Assembly: GCA_963713045.1 (NCBI GenBank)
Contig: CAVQKE010000004.1
Span: 800,001-864,000, forward strand
From: an uncultured delta proteobacterium
GTDB lineage: Bacteria > Myxococcota > Myxococcia > Myxococcales > Myxococcaceae
Direction of reading: 5' to 3'
Length of the DNA stretch: 64,000 nt
This document shows, in pieces, positions 1-9,210 of this stretch. The notes under the pieces are model-generated. The model was not told the origin of the DNA. It saw nothing but the letters and a program-made list of their open reading frames with translations, and did no database searches. The translations under genes and the position numbers were made by a program. Every line of letters begins with the position of its first letter. The stretch's first letter is position 1.

Positions 1-801
1 CGACGCGCCCGGGGAACACTCCGTCTGTCCGTACCCCACGCGAAGTTGAGTCGCTTGAAGGCGGCGCCGGAGTCGGCCTTGCACAGGCGCGCCACCCACG
101 ATGCCCGACTGCACGTTGCCGAGCGACCGGTCGGCCAGGCGTTCGAGCATCCGGGGGACCGTAAAGAAACAGTCGCCTGGTGAGGCGTCGAAGGCTTCGG
201 GAAAGGCAGCGGCAGGGATGGAACGAAGCGCTCCCTCGTACAGAAGCGCCATCAAGAGCTCGAGAGTGAACCCGAAGGCGTGGCTCCACGGAAGGTAGCC
301 GGTGATGGCGTCGCCAGGGGCGTAGCCGAGCGCTGCATGGTGGGTGTCAGCCACATGCATGAGGGCTTCGGCTGAGACCGCCACTGGCCGGGCGGCTCCT
401 GCGCTCCCGCTCGTGAACAAGATGATGGCCGGTATGCGGGTGGAGGCCGACGGTGATGAGGTTCCGATGGAATTCCAGCGAAGCCCCTCCCCCGGGGAGG
501 TCACGGCGGTGGCGCCCGCAGCGCCAAGACGCTGCATCAGTTCTTCGCTCGAGACATCAGGGTGGACGGGAACGAAGGTCAGCTCGCGCTCGAGGCAGGC
601 AATAAACGTCGCAACGAACTCTGAGCCATTGGGAAGGACCGCCGCGAGCCGGTCACCCCTTTTCAACCCCATTCGAACCAGGTCACGCCCGAGGGTCGTC
701 GCGCGCGACCGCGGGTCGGAAGACCGAAATCCGGAGGCACTCGCCACAGACAGCTGACGCATGTCGGCGAGGCGATCGCAGAGCGTCAGCGTCGGAATCA
801 T
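1..801 (-). CDS. AMP-binding enzyme (acyl-CoA synthetase family); runs off the left edge
   Basis: Hand translation from ATG at 801 gives MIPTLTL...GDRLAAVLPNG...ILFTSGSAG...YLPWSHAFG...GGAPV...VGYGQTECSPG, which contains the adenylate-forming P-loop and YGxTE motifs. Not in the ORF track. Confidence 0.85.
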   Translation of the reverse strand, partial: MIPTLTLCDRLADMRQLSVASASGFRSSDPRSRATTLGRDLVRMGLKRGDRLAAVLPNGSEFVATFIACLERELTFVPVHPDVSSEELMQRLGAAGATAVTSPGEGLRWNSIGTSSPSASTRIPAIILFTSGSAGAARPVAVSAEALMHVADTHHAALGYAPGDAITGYLPWSHAFGFTLELLMALLYEGALRSIPAAAFPEAFDASPGDCFFTVPRMLERLADRSLGNVQSGIVGGAPVQGRLRRRLQATQLRVGYGQTECSPGAS

Positions 802-1195
802 CGCTTTGGAGCCTTACTTCCCGCGGTAGGGGCTTCCTCGCCCTGAACTGCACTTAACAGTTAGGCGGTTGTTGGCCGAGCTGCAAGTCGGCGACGGACG
901 ACTCGCGCGCGATCTGAGCAACTCCAGGGAGTTGAGGTGCCTTTCGCAGTCATCGCCGGCAGGAATCCAGCGCGGCCAAGAGGAGAACCTAGGCGACGCT
1001 TCCCAGATGCGCGGATTGGAACATGAGCGTCGGGCTTCGACGGTGCAACTACCCGGATTCACGCAATTCGGAAGGCGACCGGGAACACACCGAGCGCAGC
1101 TGACCCTGGGTATCTAGTTTCTGAACGACCCAGGTGCGTTCGCCCAGTTCATACCTATCTTAAAAAGTTAGCCCCAGCGGGAACAAAGGATTTCT

Positions 1196-1432
1196 GTGCG
1201 ACTCGCCTCCGCGATTGTGAGCGCAGTGATGCTCTCGATGTGCCTCACCGGTCTCGGCTGTGTAACGTCCGACCCGGACCATCACGGGCCGGACGAGCAC
1301 TACGCCCATGCGGGGCCGCCGGTGCAGGAAGAGCATCACGACGGACGGGACGACCACCAACAGAACAACCCCCAACAGAACGACCATCAACAGAACGACC
1401 ACCAACAGAACGACCACCAACAGAACCAGTGA
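1196..1432 (+). CDS. Small putative lipoprotein with His/Gln/Asn/Asp-rich repeats
   Basis: Hydrophobic signal ending in GLGC, followed by DHQQN repeats. An AAGGA lies upstream. Confidence 0.6.
   Translation: MRLASAIVSAVMLSMCLTGLGCVTSDPDHHGPDEHYAHAGPPVQEEHHDGRDDHQQNNPQQNDHQQNDHQQNDHQQNQ
1352..1426 (+). repeat. 5 x 15-bp coding tandem repeat (GACCACCAACAGAAC)
   Basis: Directly visible; encodes DHQQN-type units. Confidence 0.9.
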
Positions 1433-1526
1433 GTGAACTTTTCCGGGGGTGAACTCGAGGTCACGCCCGCTCCTTCGATAACGAGGCATCCTCGATTACT
1501 TTTCTTACCAATCTAAGGAGCACCAA

Positions 1527-1799
1527 ATGACTCTCGAAACCTTCTTGCTGTGGGTTGTGATTGGCGCGGTCGCGGGCTTCCTTGCAAATGCGGTTGTCAA
1601 AAGCAGCTACGGCCTCGGCGCTGACGTCATCATTGGCGTGGTCGGCGCCTTCATCGGCGGCTGGCTCTTCCAAAGCATGCACTGGCATGCGCCGCTCGCG
1701 GGCGTCGCAGGCACCGTCGTCATCGCGTTCATCGGGGCCATTATTCTGCTGGTCGCGCTCCGAATGGTGCGCTCCGCCGGACGACCTAGGCGCGCATAA
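1527..1799 (+). CDS. GlsB/YeaQ/YmgE family (transglycosylase-associated) membrane protein
   Basis: Family pattern WVVIGAVAGFLA...GLGADVIIGVVGAFIGGWL...AFIGAIILL; AAGGAG RBS. Confidence 0.9.
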   Translation: MTLETFLLWVVIGAVAGFLANAVVKSSYGLGADVIIGVVGAFIGGWLFQSMHWHAPLAGVAGTVVIAFIGAIILLVALRMVRSAGRPRRA

Positions 1800-1907
1800 G
1801 GTTTCGAGGCGACCGACGTGGTGCTGCCCTAAATCGTGAGGGCGCCATGTCCTACTGTCTCGCGTGCGGCAGAAGCGGCTCTCGCTATCCGCGGGCCGAC
1901 TAGCGTC

Positions 1908-2315
1908 TCAGCCACTGCTCGAACGTCTCGTCGCTGCTCGCTCCCGAGCACGCTTCTGGAGCGCATCGAACTCCATCTGAAACGCTGCCAGGTCCTCTTC
2001 GGGCAGCCCCTCGCAGCCCAGGAAGACATTCCGCGCCGACTCCGTGGCTCGGATGAGCTCGTCCAGCTTGAGTTGGAGTGCGTGAGTGTCATTGTTTTGC
2101 GAGGATTGGATAACGAAGACCATCCAGAACGTGACAACGGTCGTACTGGTATTGATTATGAGCTGCCAGGCGTCCGAGAAGTGGAACAGTGGTCCGCTCA
2201 AGCCCCACACCAGGACCACTGCCACGGACAGCACGAAGGCGGAGGGCCGACCTGCGGCATTTGAGGCGCTGCGCGCGAAGGAGCGAAACCAGTCGTTCGA
2301 ATGTTTGCTTTCCAT
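1908..2315 (-). CDS. Low-affinity iron permease family protein
   Basis: WGLSGPLFHFSDAWQLIINTSTTVVTFWMVFVIQSSQN...LKLDELIRA signature; GAGG RBS. Confidence 0.88.
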   Translation of the reverse strand: MESKHSNDWFRSFARSASNAAGRPSAFVLSVAVVLVWGLSGPLFHFSDAWQLIINTSTTVVTFWMVFVIQSSQNNDTHALQLKLDELIRATESARNVFLGCEGLPEEDLAAFQMEFDALQKRARERAATRRSSSG

Positions 2316-2459
2316 GGGCCCACCTCTTGACGACGGGACCTGACAGCCTCTGGGGGTCTCCTATGATGCACACGGGAGTGATGGTGACCAGGACGATGGT
2401 CACGTCACCGGCCGAGCAAGGTTTCAGGCTGTAAGGAGGAAGGCTTCGGACGCGCTGGC
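2307..2459. repeat. 153-bp segment, inverted copy at 5052-5204
   Basis: Its reverse complement matches 5052-5204 with about 2 substitutions. Confidence 0.95.
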
Positions 2460-2464
2460 AGTCA

Positions 2465-3129
2465 CGCGAAGAAACAGCCATCAGCAATGCCAACCTCGTC
2501 GAATGACGACTGATGCGCCCGGCTGATTTCGCTCGGATTGAAAATGGAGCGCGACTCGGCTGCGAGTCCTCTTGCCAAAGATCCAGCCAGTGACCATCTA
2601 CATCACATATGGTGGGGAGAGTCGAAACCGCAGGGGGAATGGCCTCTTTCCGGAGCCCGCGGATGACGTGCTCCCCTTTGAGTCGTGCTTGGCTTCCGAT
2701 GGACGAGGCGCGAAGCCTGTGGGTTCGTCTGCGAGCCCCCTTTGCGCGGCGGCGTTTTTCGGACGACCTCGAACGCTTCAGGTCCTTCGTGCGGTCCTTC
2801 TCGACGGAAGGCCGCCGGCCGCTCGAAGACGGCGAAAGTCGGGCGATGGCAGACGATGCCGTCCTGCTCGGGTTGCTGGACGTCGAGGCTGTGTTTTCCA
2901 GCGTCGCAACTCGGCCGGCGAGTTTGCGAACCGTCCCTGGGTACCGACGAAAGCACGTCACCTTCTGTTTTCGGGAATGGCTTGTCCTCCATGAACTGCA
3001 CCTCAAGTCCGGTCCGGTGCGACGAGCCCGAGGCGCTGTTGGCAAAGGGGCAGGCCCAAGCTGACGGCAGCCAACGCGGCCGTTCGGCAGAATAGCGCCA
3101 CCCAGTCTCTGCCGCGTGCATCTGGTGAG
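2465..3129 (+). repeat. ~665-bp direct repeat, copy A (copy B at 5204-5867)
   Basis: Aligned by eye: about 16 differences including a 1-nt indel. Confidence 0.95.
2609..3064 (+). CDS. Hypothetical protein in repeat copy A
   Basis: Frame is open in both copies. The TGA stop of copy B is CGA here. Start uncertain. Confidence 0.35.
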   Translation: MVGRVETAGGMASFRSPRMTCSPLSRAWLPMDEARSLWVRLRAPFARRRFSDDLERFRSFVRSFSTEGRRPLEDGESRAMADDAVLLGLLDVEAVFSSVATRPASLRTVPGYRRKHVTFCFREWLVLHELHLKSGPVRRARGAVGKGAGPS

Positions 3130-3582
3130 AAGTGAATCTTGGAACTGCAGGCGTGCAAAATTCGTGACGATGCGCTCTCGCACAGGCGACCGCGCTGACG
3201 TGCTCATGGCTCAGTCGCTGTTGCTCTTTCGAGAGGCTCGAGCACCGGAAACTCGCGCGAAGCGGATCACGGGTGGCTGACAGCACCGATGCCGCTTTTT
3301 CAGGACTGACAGTCATTCCTGCCAGTCATTAGTGACAAGACACCGGGGTCTCCGGGTGGTGGCCCATGCTATTCGACCAGTTCCTTCACCTGAACTCAGC
3401 TCCGAGGTTGTCACATCGGGCACTTGAGCAGCCGAGCGGAGTTGGTTCAACGGTTGGGCCGTGCTGGTGCACCTTAGCTGAGGCTGTCGCGGCCATTGAG
3501 CGGCCGGGGCGCTGCGGAGGGCGACCACCCAGTCCAGCTCGGCTACGCGACGCCCGGCAGCTCGGATCCTCCGGCGCCAAGT

Positions 3583-3613
3583 TTGATGTTCCATGCCCGA
3601 TTTGGCATAGTCT
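3583..3613 (+). promoter_or_regulatory. Putative promoter/operator of the TA module
   Basis: TTGATG-17bp-CATAGT overlapping the palindrome ATGCC-N6-GGCAT just upstream of the toxin. Confidence 0.5.
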
Positions 3614-3618
3614 CCTCG

Positions 3619-4029
3619 GTGGAATCGACCCCACTGACAATCATCAAGCCGCTCGTTTGGGTTTCGAGCAGCCGGGAGGACCTCAAGAGGTTTCCCAGCG
3701 AAGTGCAACGAAGCATGGGATACGCCCTGTACCTGGCTCAGGCTGGCAAGAAGCACCCCGATGGGAAACCTCTGAAAGGGTTTGGCGGGGCGGGCGTCGT
3801 CGAGGTTGTGGAGGACTTCGACGGAAACGCCTACCGAGCGGTCTACACGGTGAAGCTGGCTGGCGTCGTTTACGCTCTCCACGCCTTCCAGAAGAAGTCG
3901 ACGAAGGGAGCCAAGACCTCCCCAGCCGAAATCGCCAAAGTGAGAGCGAGGTTGAAGCTGGCTGTGGAGATTCACGCCCAGCGGCGCACCAAGGCAGAGC
4001 GCAAGGAGAAATCAGATGAAGAGAAGTAA
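3619..4029 (+). CDS. Type II toxin, RelE/HigB (phage Gp49-like) family
   Basis: KPLVWVSSSREDL..FP...KPLKGFGGAGVVEVVEDFDGNAYRAVYTV...YALHAFQKKS. Start probably the GTG at 3619. Confidence 0.88.
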   Translation: MESTPLTIIKPLVWVSSSREDLKRFPSEVQRSMGYALYLAQAGKKHPDGKPLKGFGGAGVVEVVEDFDGNAYRAVYTVKLAGVVYALHAFQKKSTKGAKTSPAEIAKVRARLKLAVEIHAQRRTKAERKEKSDEEK

Positions 4030-4345
4030 CTATGAGATCAGCAGTGGAAACGTCTTCGCCGATTTGGGGCTCGATGCTCCTGAAGAGGCCTTGGCCAAAG
4101 CGGAGCTGACCGCCAAAATCTCCGCAATAATCGAGGCCAAGGGACTGACCCAGGCGGCCGCCGCCAAGGTACTTGGCATTGACCAGCCCAAGGTATCGGC
4201 GCTCCTTCGTGGCAAGCTCTCCGGTTTCTCAACGGGCAGGTTGATTAGGTTTCTTAACGCTTTGGGCCAGGACGTGGAGATCGTCGTCAAGGAGCGCCGC
4301 CCACAAAGTCGCGGGCTTGGTCATCTCCAGGTCGTGGTGGTTTGA
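4016..4345 (+). CDS. XRE-family HTH antitoxin (HigA-like)
   Basis: SSGNVFADLG...LTQAAAAKVLGIDQPKVSALLRGKLSGFS; overlaps the toxin end. Confidence 0.9.
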   Translation: MKRSNYEISSGNVFADLGLDAPEEALAKAELTAKISAIIEAKGLTQAAAAKVLGIDQPKVSALLRGKLSGFSTGRLIRFLNALGQDVEIVVKERRPQSRGLGHLQVVVV

Positions 4346-4395
4346 GATCAGAGCCGCCCCTACCTCCTCTCGTGTCGCTCGGTATGCTGCGACGG

Positions 4396-4602
4396 ATGTC
4401 TTCCAAGTCCTCCTCCTCACCGCCGCTCTCCCGCTTCGCGTCCGGGAGCGCGCGCGAATAGCGCACGAGCTTTCTTCTTGGCCTCAACAACCGCGTCGAT
4501 GCCGGCGCCGCCGGCGCGTGGATCGCCGAGTTGGAGAAGCGGGTGCGCGAAGTCCGTTCCGGCGCAGTCTCCACGGAGGACTGGACAAACATCCTCGCCT
4601 GA
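4396..4602 (+). pseudogene. Frameshifted putative addiction-module antitoxin
   Basis: Joining frames gives LLTAALPLRVRERARIAHEL/LLGLNNRVDAGAAGAWIAELEKRVREVRSGAVSTEDWTNILA*, typical of the family. Confidence 0.65.
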
Positions 4603-4622
4603 CTCAGAGGTGGTGGCACCGG

Positions 4623-4952
4623 TCAGACGGCGGGGCGCGCCTTGTAGTAGAGCTGATGAAGCAAACCGTCGATGAGGGACACGCTTCGAGTCTGCTGAAG
4701 CATCTCGTCGATGTCCTCAAGAAGCATCGACACTGACTGCCGAGGTTCGTTCCCGACGAAGTTCCCCGCCGCATCGTGCTTCGGAAAGAGCCAGTTGATT
4801 TGGAACGGCGGTAACTTCTTCCAGGCGGTCCTCGAGCGCTGGACGCGGCTGTACTTATTGAGGAGGAAGACAGAGATCTCCGCACCCGCGTCCTGTCCTC
4901 GGGAGACCGAACGAACTGGAGAAACTGGTGAGCCACGAGCTAGCGCCACCAT
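4623..4952 (-). CDS. Hypothetical protein
   Basis: Open frame with protein-like composition; no motif recognised. Confidence 0.3.
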   Translation of the reverse strand: MVALARGSPVSPVRSVSRGQDAGAEISVFLLNKYSRVQRSRTAWKKLPPFQINWLFPKHDAAGNFVGNEPRQSVSMLLEDIDEMLQQTRSVSLIDGLLHQLYYKARPAV

Positions 4953-5051
4953 GGATCCGAAGGCTGGCAGACAAATGCCGATGCAGACGTGCTAGCTGTT
5001 CCTCCGTTCGAATCGCGCCGGGGTCACTTCCTCCAAGTCTTTGGAGTCGCG

Positions 5052-5867
5052 GCCAGCGCGTCCGAAGCTTTCCTCCTTACAGCCTGAAACCTTGCTCGGC
5101 CGGTGACGTGACCATCGTCCTGGTCACCATCACTTCCGTGTGCATCATAGGAGACCCCCAGAGGCTGTCAGGTCCCGTCGTCAAGAGGTGGGCCCATGGA
5201 AAGCGCGAAGAAACAGCCATCAGCAATGCCAACCTCGTCGAATAACGACTGATGCGCCGGCTGATTTCGCTCGGATTGAAAATGGAGCGCGACTCGGCTG
5301 CGAGTCCTCTTGCCAAAGAACCAGGCAGTGACCATCTACACCACGCATGGTGGGGAGAGTCGAAACCGCAGGGGGAATGGCCTCTTTCCGGAGCCCGCGG
5401 ATGACGTGCTCCCCTTTGAGTCGTGCCTGGCTTCCGATGGACGAGGCGCGAAGCCTGTGGGTTCGTCTGCGAGCCCCCTTTGCGCGGCGGCGTTTTTCGG
5501 ACGACCTCGAACGCTTCAGGTTCTTCGTGCGGTCCTTCTCGACGGAAGGCCGCCGGCCGCTCAAAGACGGCGAAAGTCAGGCGATGGCAGACGATGCCGT
5601 CCTGCTCGGGTTGCTAGACGTCGAGGCTGTGTTTTCCAGCGTCGCAACTCGGCCGGCGAGTTTGCGAACCGTCCCTGGGTACCGACGAAAGCACGTCACC
5701 TTCTGTTTTCGGGAATGGCTTGTCCTCCATGAACTGCACCTCAAGTCCGGTCCGGTGCGACGAGCCTGAGGCGCTGTTGGCAAAGGGGCAGGCCCAAGCT
5801 GACGGCAGCGAACGCGGCCGTTCGGCAGAATAGCGCCAGCCAGTCTCCGCCGCGTGCATCTGGTGAG
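5052..5867. repeat. Copy B of the duplication (inverted 5052-5204 fused to direct 5204-5867)
   Basis: Junction reads ...CCCATGGAAAGC|GCGAAGAAACAGCC. Confidence 0.95.
5347..5769 (+). CDS. Hypothetical protein in repeat copy B
   Basis: Paralog of 2609-3064. Confidence 0.35.
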   Translation: MVGRVETAGGMASFRSPRMTCSPLSRAWLPMDEARSLWVRLRAPFARRRFSDDLERFRFFVRSFSTEGRRPLKDGESQAMADDAVLLGLLDVEAVFSSVATRPASLRTVPGYRRKHVTFCFREWLVLHELHLKSGPVRRA

Positions 5868-6192
5868 CGGCCTTCCGTCACAACCTCCTGAGTGCTCTAG
5901 GCGGCTGTGGGCGCCCTGCGACCCCTTGTCGCAGTTTGCCTCATCTCGTCATGTGGCGATGACACAGTCCATTGCTCTTCGCTGCACAAGTTCTGCGCGG
6001 GCTTTTGGCCCTCATCCTGCATGGCCCCCGCCCACTACCAGGGCTGCTTAAATGCTGACACGCCGGAAGCCGAAGAAAGCTGTCTTTAGGAAGAGATACT
6101 CCTGTCGGATGAGCTGAGCTTTGACTCCAACGAGGTCGATGAAGAGTTGGAATGCGTCCGAGTTGTCATCGAGCTTCCGGAGGAGGTGGAGC

Positions 6193-6410
6193 ATGCCTGA
6201 GAGCGTCACGAAGCCGAAAGCGGCCGCTGCGAAGCGACGGGGGAATAAAGTTTCCACACGGCGGGGGCCTACGTAGCTGAAAACATGCGCCATAAGCACT
6301 CTCAGAAGCACGGGCGAATGTCTAAGAAGCAAGCCATCGCCATTGGGCTCTCGAAGGCACGCAAGGCCGGCGTTCGGTTGCCGAAAGCGGGCCGCTCCGC
6401 ACTGAAGTAG
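6193..6410 (+). pseudogene. DUF6496-like small basic protein with a 1-nt frameshift
   Basis: GGAGG RBS, then MPESVTKPKAAAAKRRGNKVST/AGAYVAENMRHKHSQKHGRMSKKQAIAIGLSKARKAGVRLP. The span is 218 nt, one short of in-frame. Confidence 0.7.
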
Positions 6411-6469
6411 AGTCTGAGCAGGGGGGAGCACTCTGCTAACTGAGGCCTAGCGCAACGAGGGAGGATTGC

Positions 6470-6835
6470 ATGGGTCGCGCGGTCATCCACTTCGAAATCG
6501 GCTGTCGAGACCGCGATAAAACGGAAGCCTTCTACGGGAAGCTCTTCGATTGGCGCATTGAAAGAGCAGGCCCCGCGGGAGTGATTTCGACCGCTAGTGG
6601 TCGTGGAATTCAAGGTCACATTAGTTCGCTCGGCCATGAACCTCACAATTACGTCAACATCTACGTCGAGGTTGAGAACCTTGAAGCCTATTTGGCTCGC
6701 GCATCGGAGCTCGGTGCAAAGACTGTCGTCGGGCCCGTGCCCATTCCTCAGGGTCGATTTGCATGGATCGCCAATCCCGAAGGAACAATCATCGGTTTGA
6801 TGGAGCCGACTCGAGGGGCCGGCGAGCCTTCCTAA
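6470..6835 (+). CDS. VOC/glyoxalase family protein
   Basis: VIHFEIGC...AFYGKLFDW...GRFAWIANPEGTIIGL; GGAGG RBS. Confidence 0.9.
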   Translation: MGRAVIHFEIGCRDRDKTEAFYGKLFDWRIERAGPAGVISTASGRGIQGHISSLGHEPHNYVNIYVEVENLEAYLARASELGAKTVVGPVPIPQGRFAWIANPEGTIIGLMEPTRGAGEPS

Positions 6836-8871
6836 ACCGCCGGTCGCGCGTTCGAATCGCTCCGAGGCTCGACGAGGACTTGACTGCGGAGACGAAACAA
6901 CTCGGCGACGCTCCAGGCTTGGGCCGGGGCTCCCACTGGGCGAAAGGGGACTTCGGCCTCGAAGCATTCGGACACCGAGCCCAGGCACCCCTGCGTGAGG
7001 AGGTGGGCTTCCAGCCCGGCGAGTAAGCGGCGGCAGTGGCTCCGGGTCGTCTGCGTGTTCCCGTGCACCACCAGGTACGCGTCCACAAAGGGGCCAAGCA
7101 GCCACGGCCACACCAGCCCCTGGTGGTAAGCGGCGTCACGTTGCGCGGGGCCACCGCAGTAGAAAGGCTGGTAGCCGGGCTCGGAGTGGGACAGGGTCCG
7201 CAGTCCGACGGGCGTCACCAATTCAGCCTCCACTCGAAGCAGAACCGAGAGCCGCCGAGCCTCATCCAAGAGCGGGAATGGCAGGCTGAGCGCCAGAAGC
7301 TGGTTTGGGCGTAGCCGTCTGTCCGGCCCCTCCGGAAGCAACACGTCGTAAAGGAAGCCGTCCCTCGCATTCCAAAACAGAGAGTCGAAGGAGCGCGCCA
7401 CCTGCTGGGCGAGCTCAGCATACCCGGAGGACTCCGCAGCGTCGCCGAGCTGGCCGGCCCAGACCTCCATCAGTCGCAGGGCGTTATACCAGAGGGCGTT
7501 CACCTCCACGGGCTTTCCGTGTCTTGGAGTTACCGGCTGCCCATTCACGCGAGCGTCCATCCAGGTCAGGTTGGCGCCTGGACCGCCAGCGACCAGAAGA
7601 CCGTCCTCGGCGTCGACGTGAATTCCGTGGTGCGTCCCTTTCAGATGCGCCTCGATGATTCCGCGGGCAGCCGGGAAAAAGACCTCTTCGAGAAACGCGC
7701 GGTCTCCCTTAGCAACGAGGTAAGCGTGGACCGCCTGAAACATCCAGAGTGTGGCGTCGACCGTGTTGTATTCCGCGGGACCGGCCTGGTCGGGGAACCG
7801 ATTAGGGATTAGGCCACCGTCGAGACGGCGCAGGAAACCCTCCAACACCTGACGGGCCACATCGAGCTTTCCCCGTGCGATGAGCAGCCCGGGTAAGGAA
7901 ATCATCGTGTCCCGCCCCCAATCGGTGAACCACGGATACCCGGCGATGACGGTGGGTGAACCATCCGCCCTAGACACCGAGAACTGCTCGGCAGCTCTTT
8001 CGAGGCACGCCTCCACTGGGTCTGTTGCCGTCTCTCGGGCAGTTGCCCTTTCCGTTTCGAGACGAAGGACGGTCGCGGCGTCCGCCGGTGCAGAGGACTC
8101 TAGGGTCGCCACGACCCAGCCCACGCGGTTTGGCCCAACGGCGAGGATGAAGGCACCAGGGGAAAGGAGGTCCTCGCGGAAATCCAGGCCCCGGTCGAGT
8201 TCCTCCAGGTATTCGACGTTCTCGTGCCAGACAGCGGCGGGCGCGAAGGACTCGCCCGGGTGGTAGAGAAACATCGGTGGGAAGCCAGGGTAAGGGCGGA
8301 AGGTGAGCACTCGAACGCCATGCGCCGCTTGCTCGAGGACCGTCGCGTTCGCACCGCCGTTTCGATGGCCGAGCGCGTGGTAGTCGCGAAATGCGAGAAG
8401 CGGTTCAACGCGCAAGCGGACGGACTGGTCGCTCCGGTAGACCATGACCGCCGTCTGTTGTCCGGCAACCAGGAACAACCGGCGCTCGATGCGGGCTTCG
8501 CCAACTCGGAATACCCACGTAGGGCACGGGTCGAGCCGGAACTCCTCCAGCAACTCAAAGCCTTTCGGGTGAACGGCTCCCGGGTATTGGTTTGTGGCAA
8601 GCGGAATGTCCCTGCCCGCTTCGAGCAGCGTTTCCTCTAAACGCGCCAGAGTCACAATGCGGTCGACGGGCGGCCTGAGGGTGGCAACAAGGAGACCATG
8701 GTACCTTCGCGTGTTGGCCACGGACACGGTTCCCATCGCGTAGGCACCCGTCTCGTTGGTCTCGAGCCACTCCAGGTGCGACGAGTGCGCGTAGTCCCGG
8801 CACTCTGCACGCCCGACGACCACCGAGCGCTCGGCTTTCGTCTCTGCAGCACGTCGGGCGACTTTCCTCAT
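6832..8871 (-). CDS. Amylo-alpha-1,6-glucosidase (glycogen debranching enzyme, archaeal-type N domain)
   Basis: EWLETN..G.YA, TRRYHGLLVA, IAGYPWFTDWGRDTMISLPG, TWMDA, YHQGLVWPWL, QAWSVAE. Confidence 0.92.
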   Translation of the reverse strand: MRKVARRAAETKAERSVVVGRAECRDYAHSSHLEWLETNETGAYAMGTVSVANTRRYHGLLVATLRPPVDRIVTLARLEETLLEAGRDIPLATNQYPGAVHPKGFELLEEFRLDPCPTWVFRVGEARIERRLFLVAGQQTAVMVYRSDQSVRLRVEPLLAFRDYHALGHRNGGANATVLEQAAHGVRVLTFRPYPGFPPMFLYHPGESFAPAAVWHENVEYLEELDRGLDFREDLLSPGAFILAVGPNRVGWVVATLESSAPADAATVLRLETERATARETATDPVEACLERAAEQFSVSRADGSPTVIAGYPWFTDWGRDTMISLPGLLIARGKLDVARQVLEGFLRRLDGGLIPNRFPDQAGPAEYNTVDATLWMFQAVHAYLVAKGDRAFLEEVFFPAARGIIEAHLKGTHHGIHVDAEDGLLVAGGPGANLTWMDARVNGQPVTPRHGKPVEVNALWYNALRLMEVWAGQLGDAAESSGYAELAQQVARSFDSLFWNARDGFLYDVLLPEGPDRRLRPNQLLALSLPFPLLDEARRLSVLLRVEAELVTPVGLRTLSHSEPGYQPFYCGGPAQRDAAYHQGLVWPWLLGPFVDAYLVVHGNTQTTRSHCRRLLAGLEAHLLTQGCLGSVSECFEAEVPFRPVGAPAQAWSVAELFRLRSQVLVEPRSDSNARPAV

Positions 8872-9210
8872 AGCTGATTGACTTCGCAAAACGCCTTGAT
8901 GACGCCCTCGCCGCCGTTCAGCGCTTCGAACAGCTTGGGCCAGTTTTCCAGGCCCTTGACGGGCGGGTGAGCAGTTTAGCCAACCACCCCGGGTGCGCCG
9001 CGATAAATCAAATCGCGGAGGCCAGCTTCGAAGGCTTCGCACCCGGCCTTGACCGTGCCCACCATCGCTTCGGCTTACCCTTGTGCCGGTTCATGCGCAC
9101 CCAAACTTAGCCGCCCACGCGTCTGCTTGAGAATCTCGCCCTTGTAGGGCTAGAAAGCATCGCTCTATACCGTTAAAGGCGGCGCCTATTTTTTCGGAAG
9201 GACTCGAGTC

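Noticed and set aside
802..1190. Riboswitch upstream of the AMP-binding gene
   Set aside because: No recognisable conserved aptamer motifs; an Infernal/Rfam scan would be needed.
1352..1426. Short repeats as a CRISPR array
   Set aside because: The 15-bp units are contiguous, have no spacers and are in frame in a CDS; no cas genes.
2307..5867. Duplication as an IS or composite transposon
   Set aside because: No transposase motif, terminal inverted repeats or target-site duplication recognised.
6048..6195. 48-aa minus-strand ORF MLHLLRKLDDNSDAF...
   Set aside because: It overlaps the RBS and start of the better-supported DUF6496-like gene and has no motif support.
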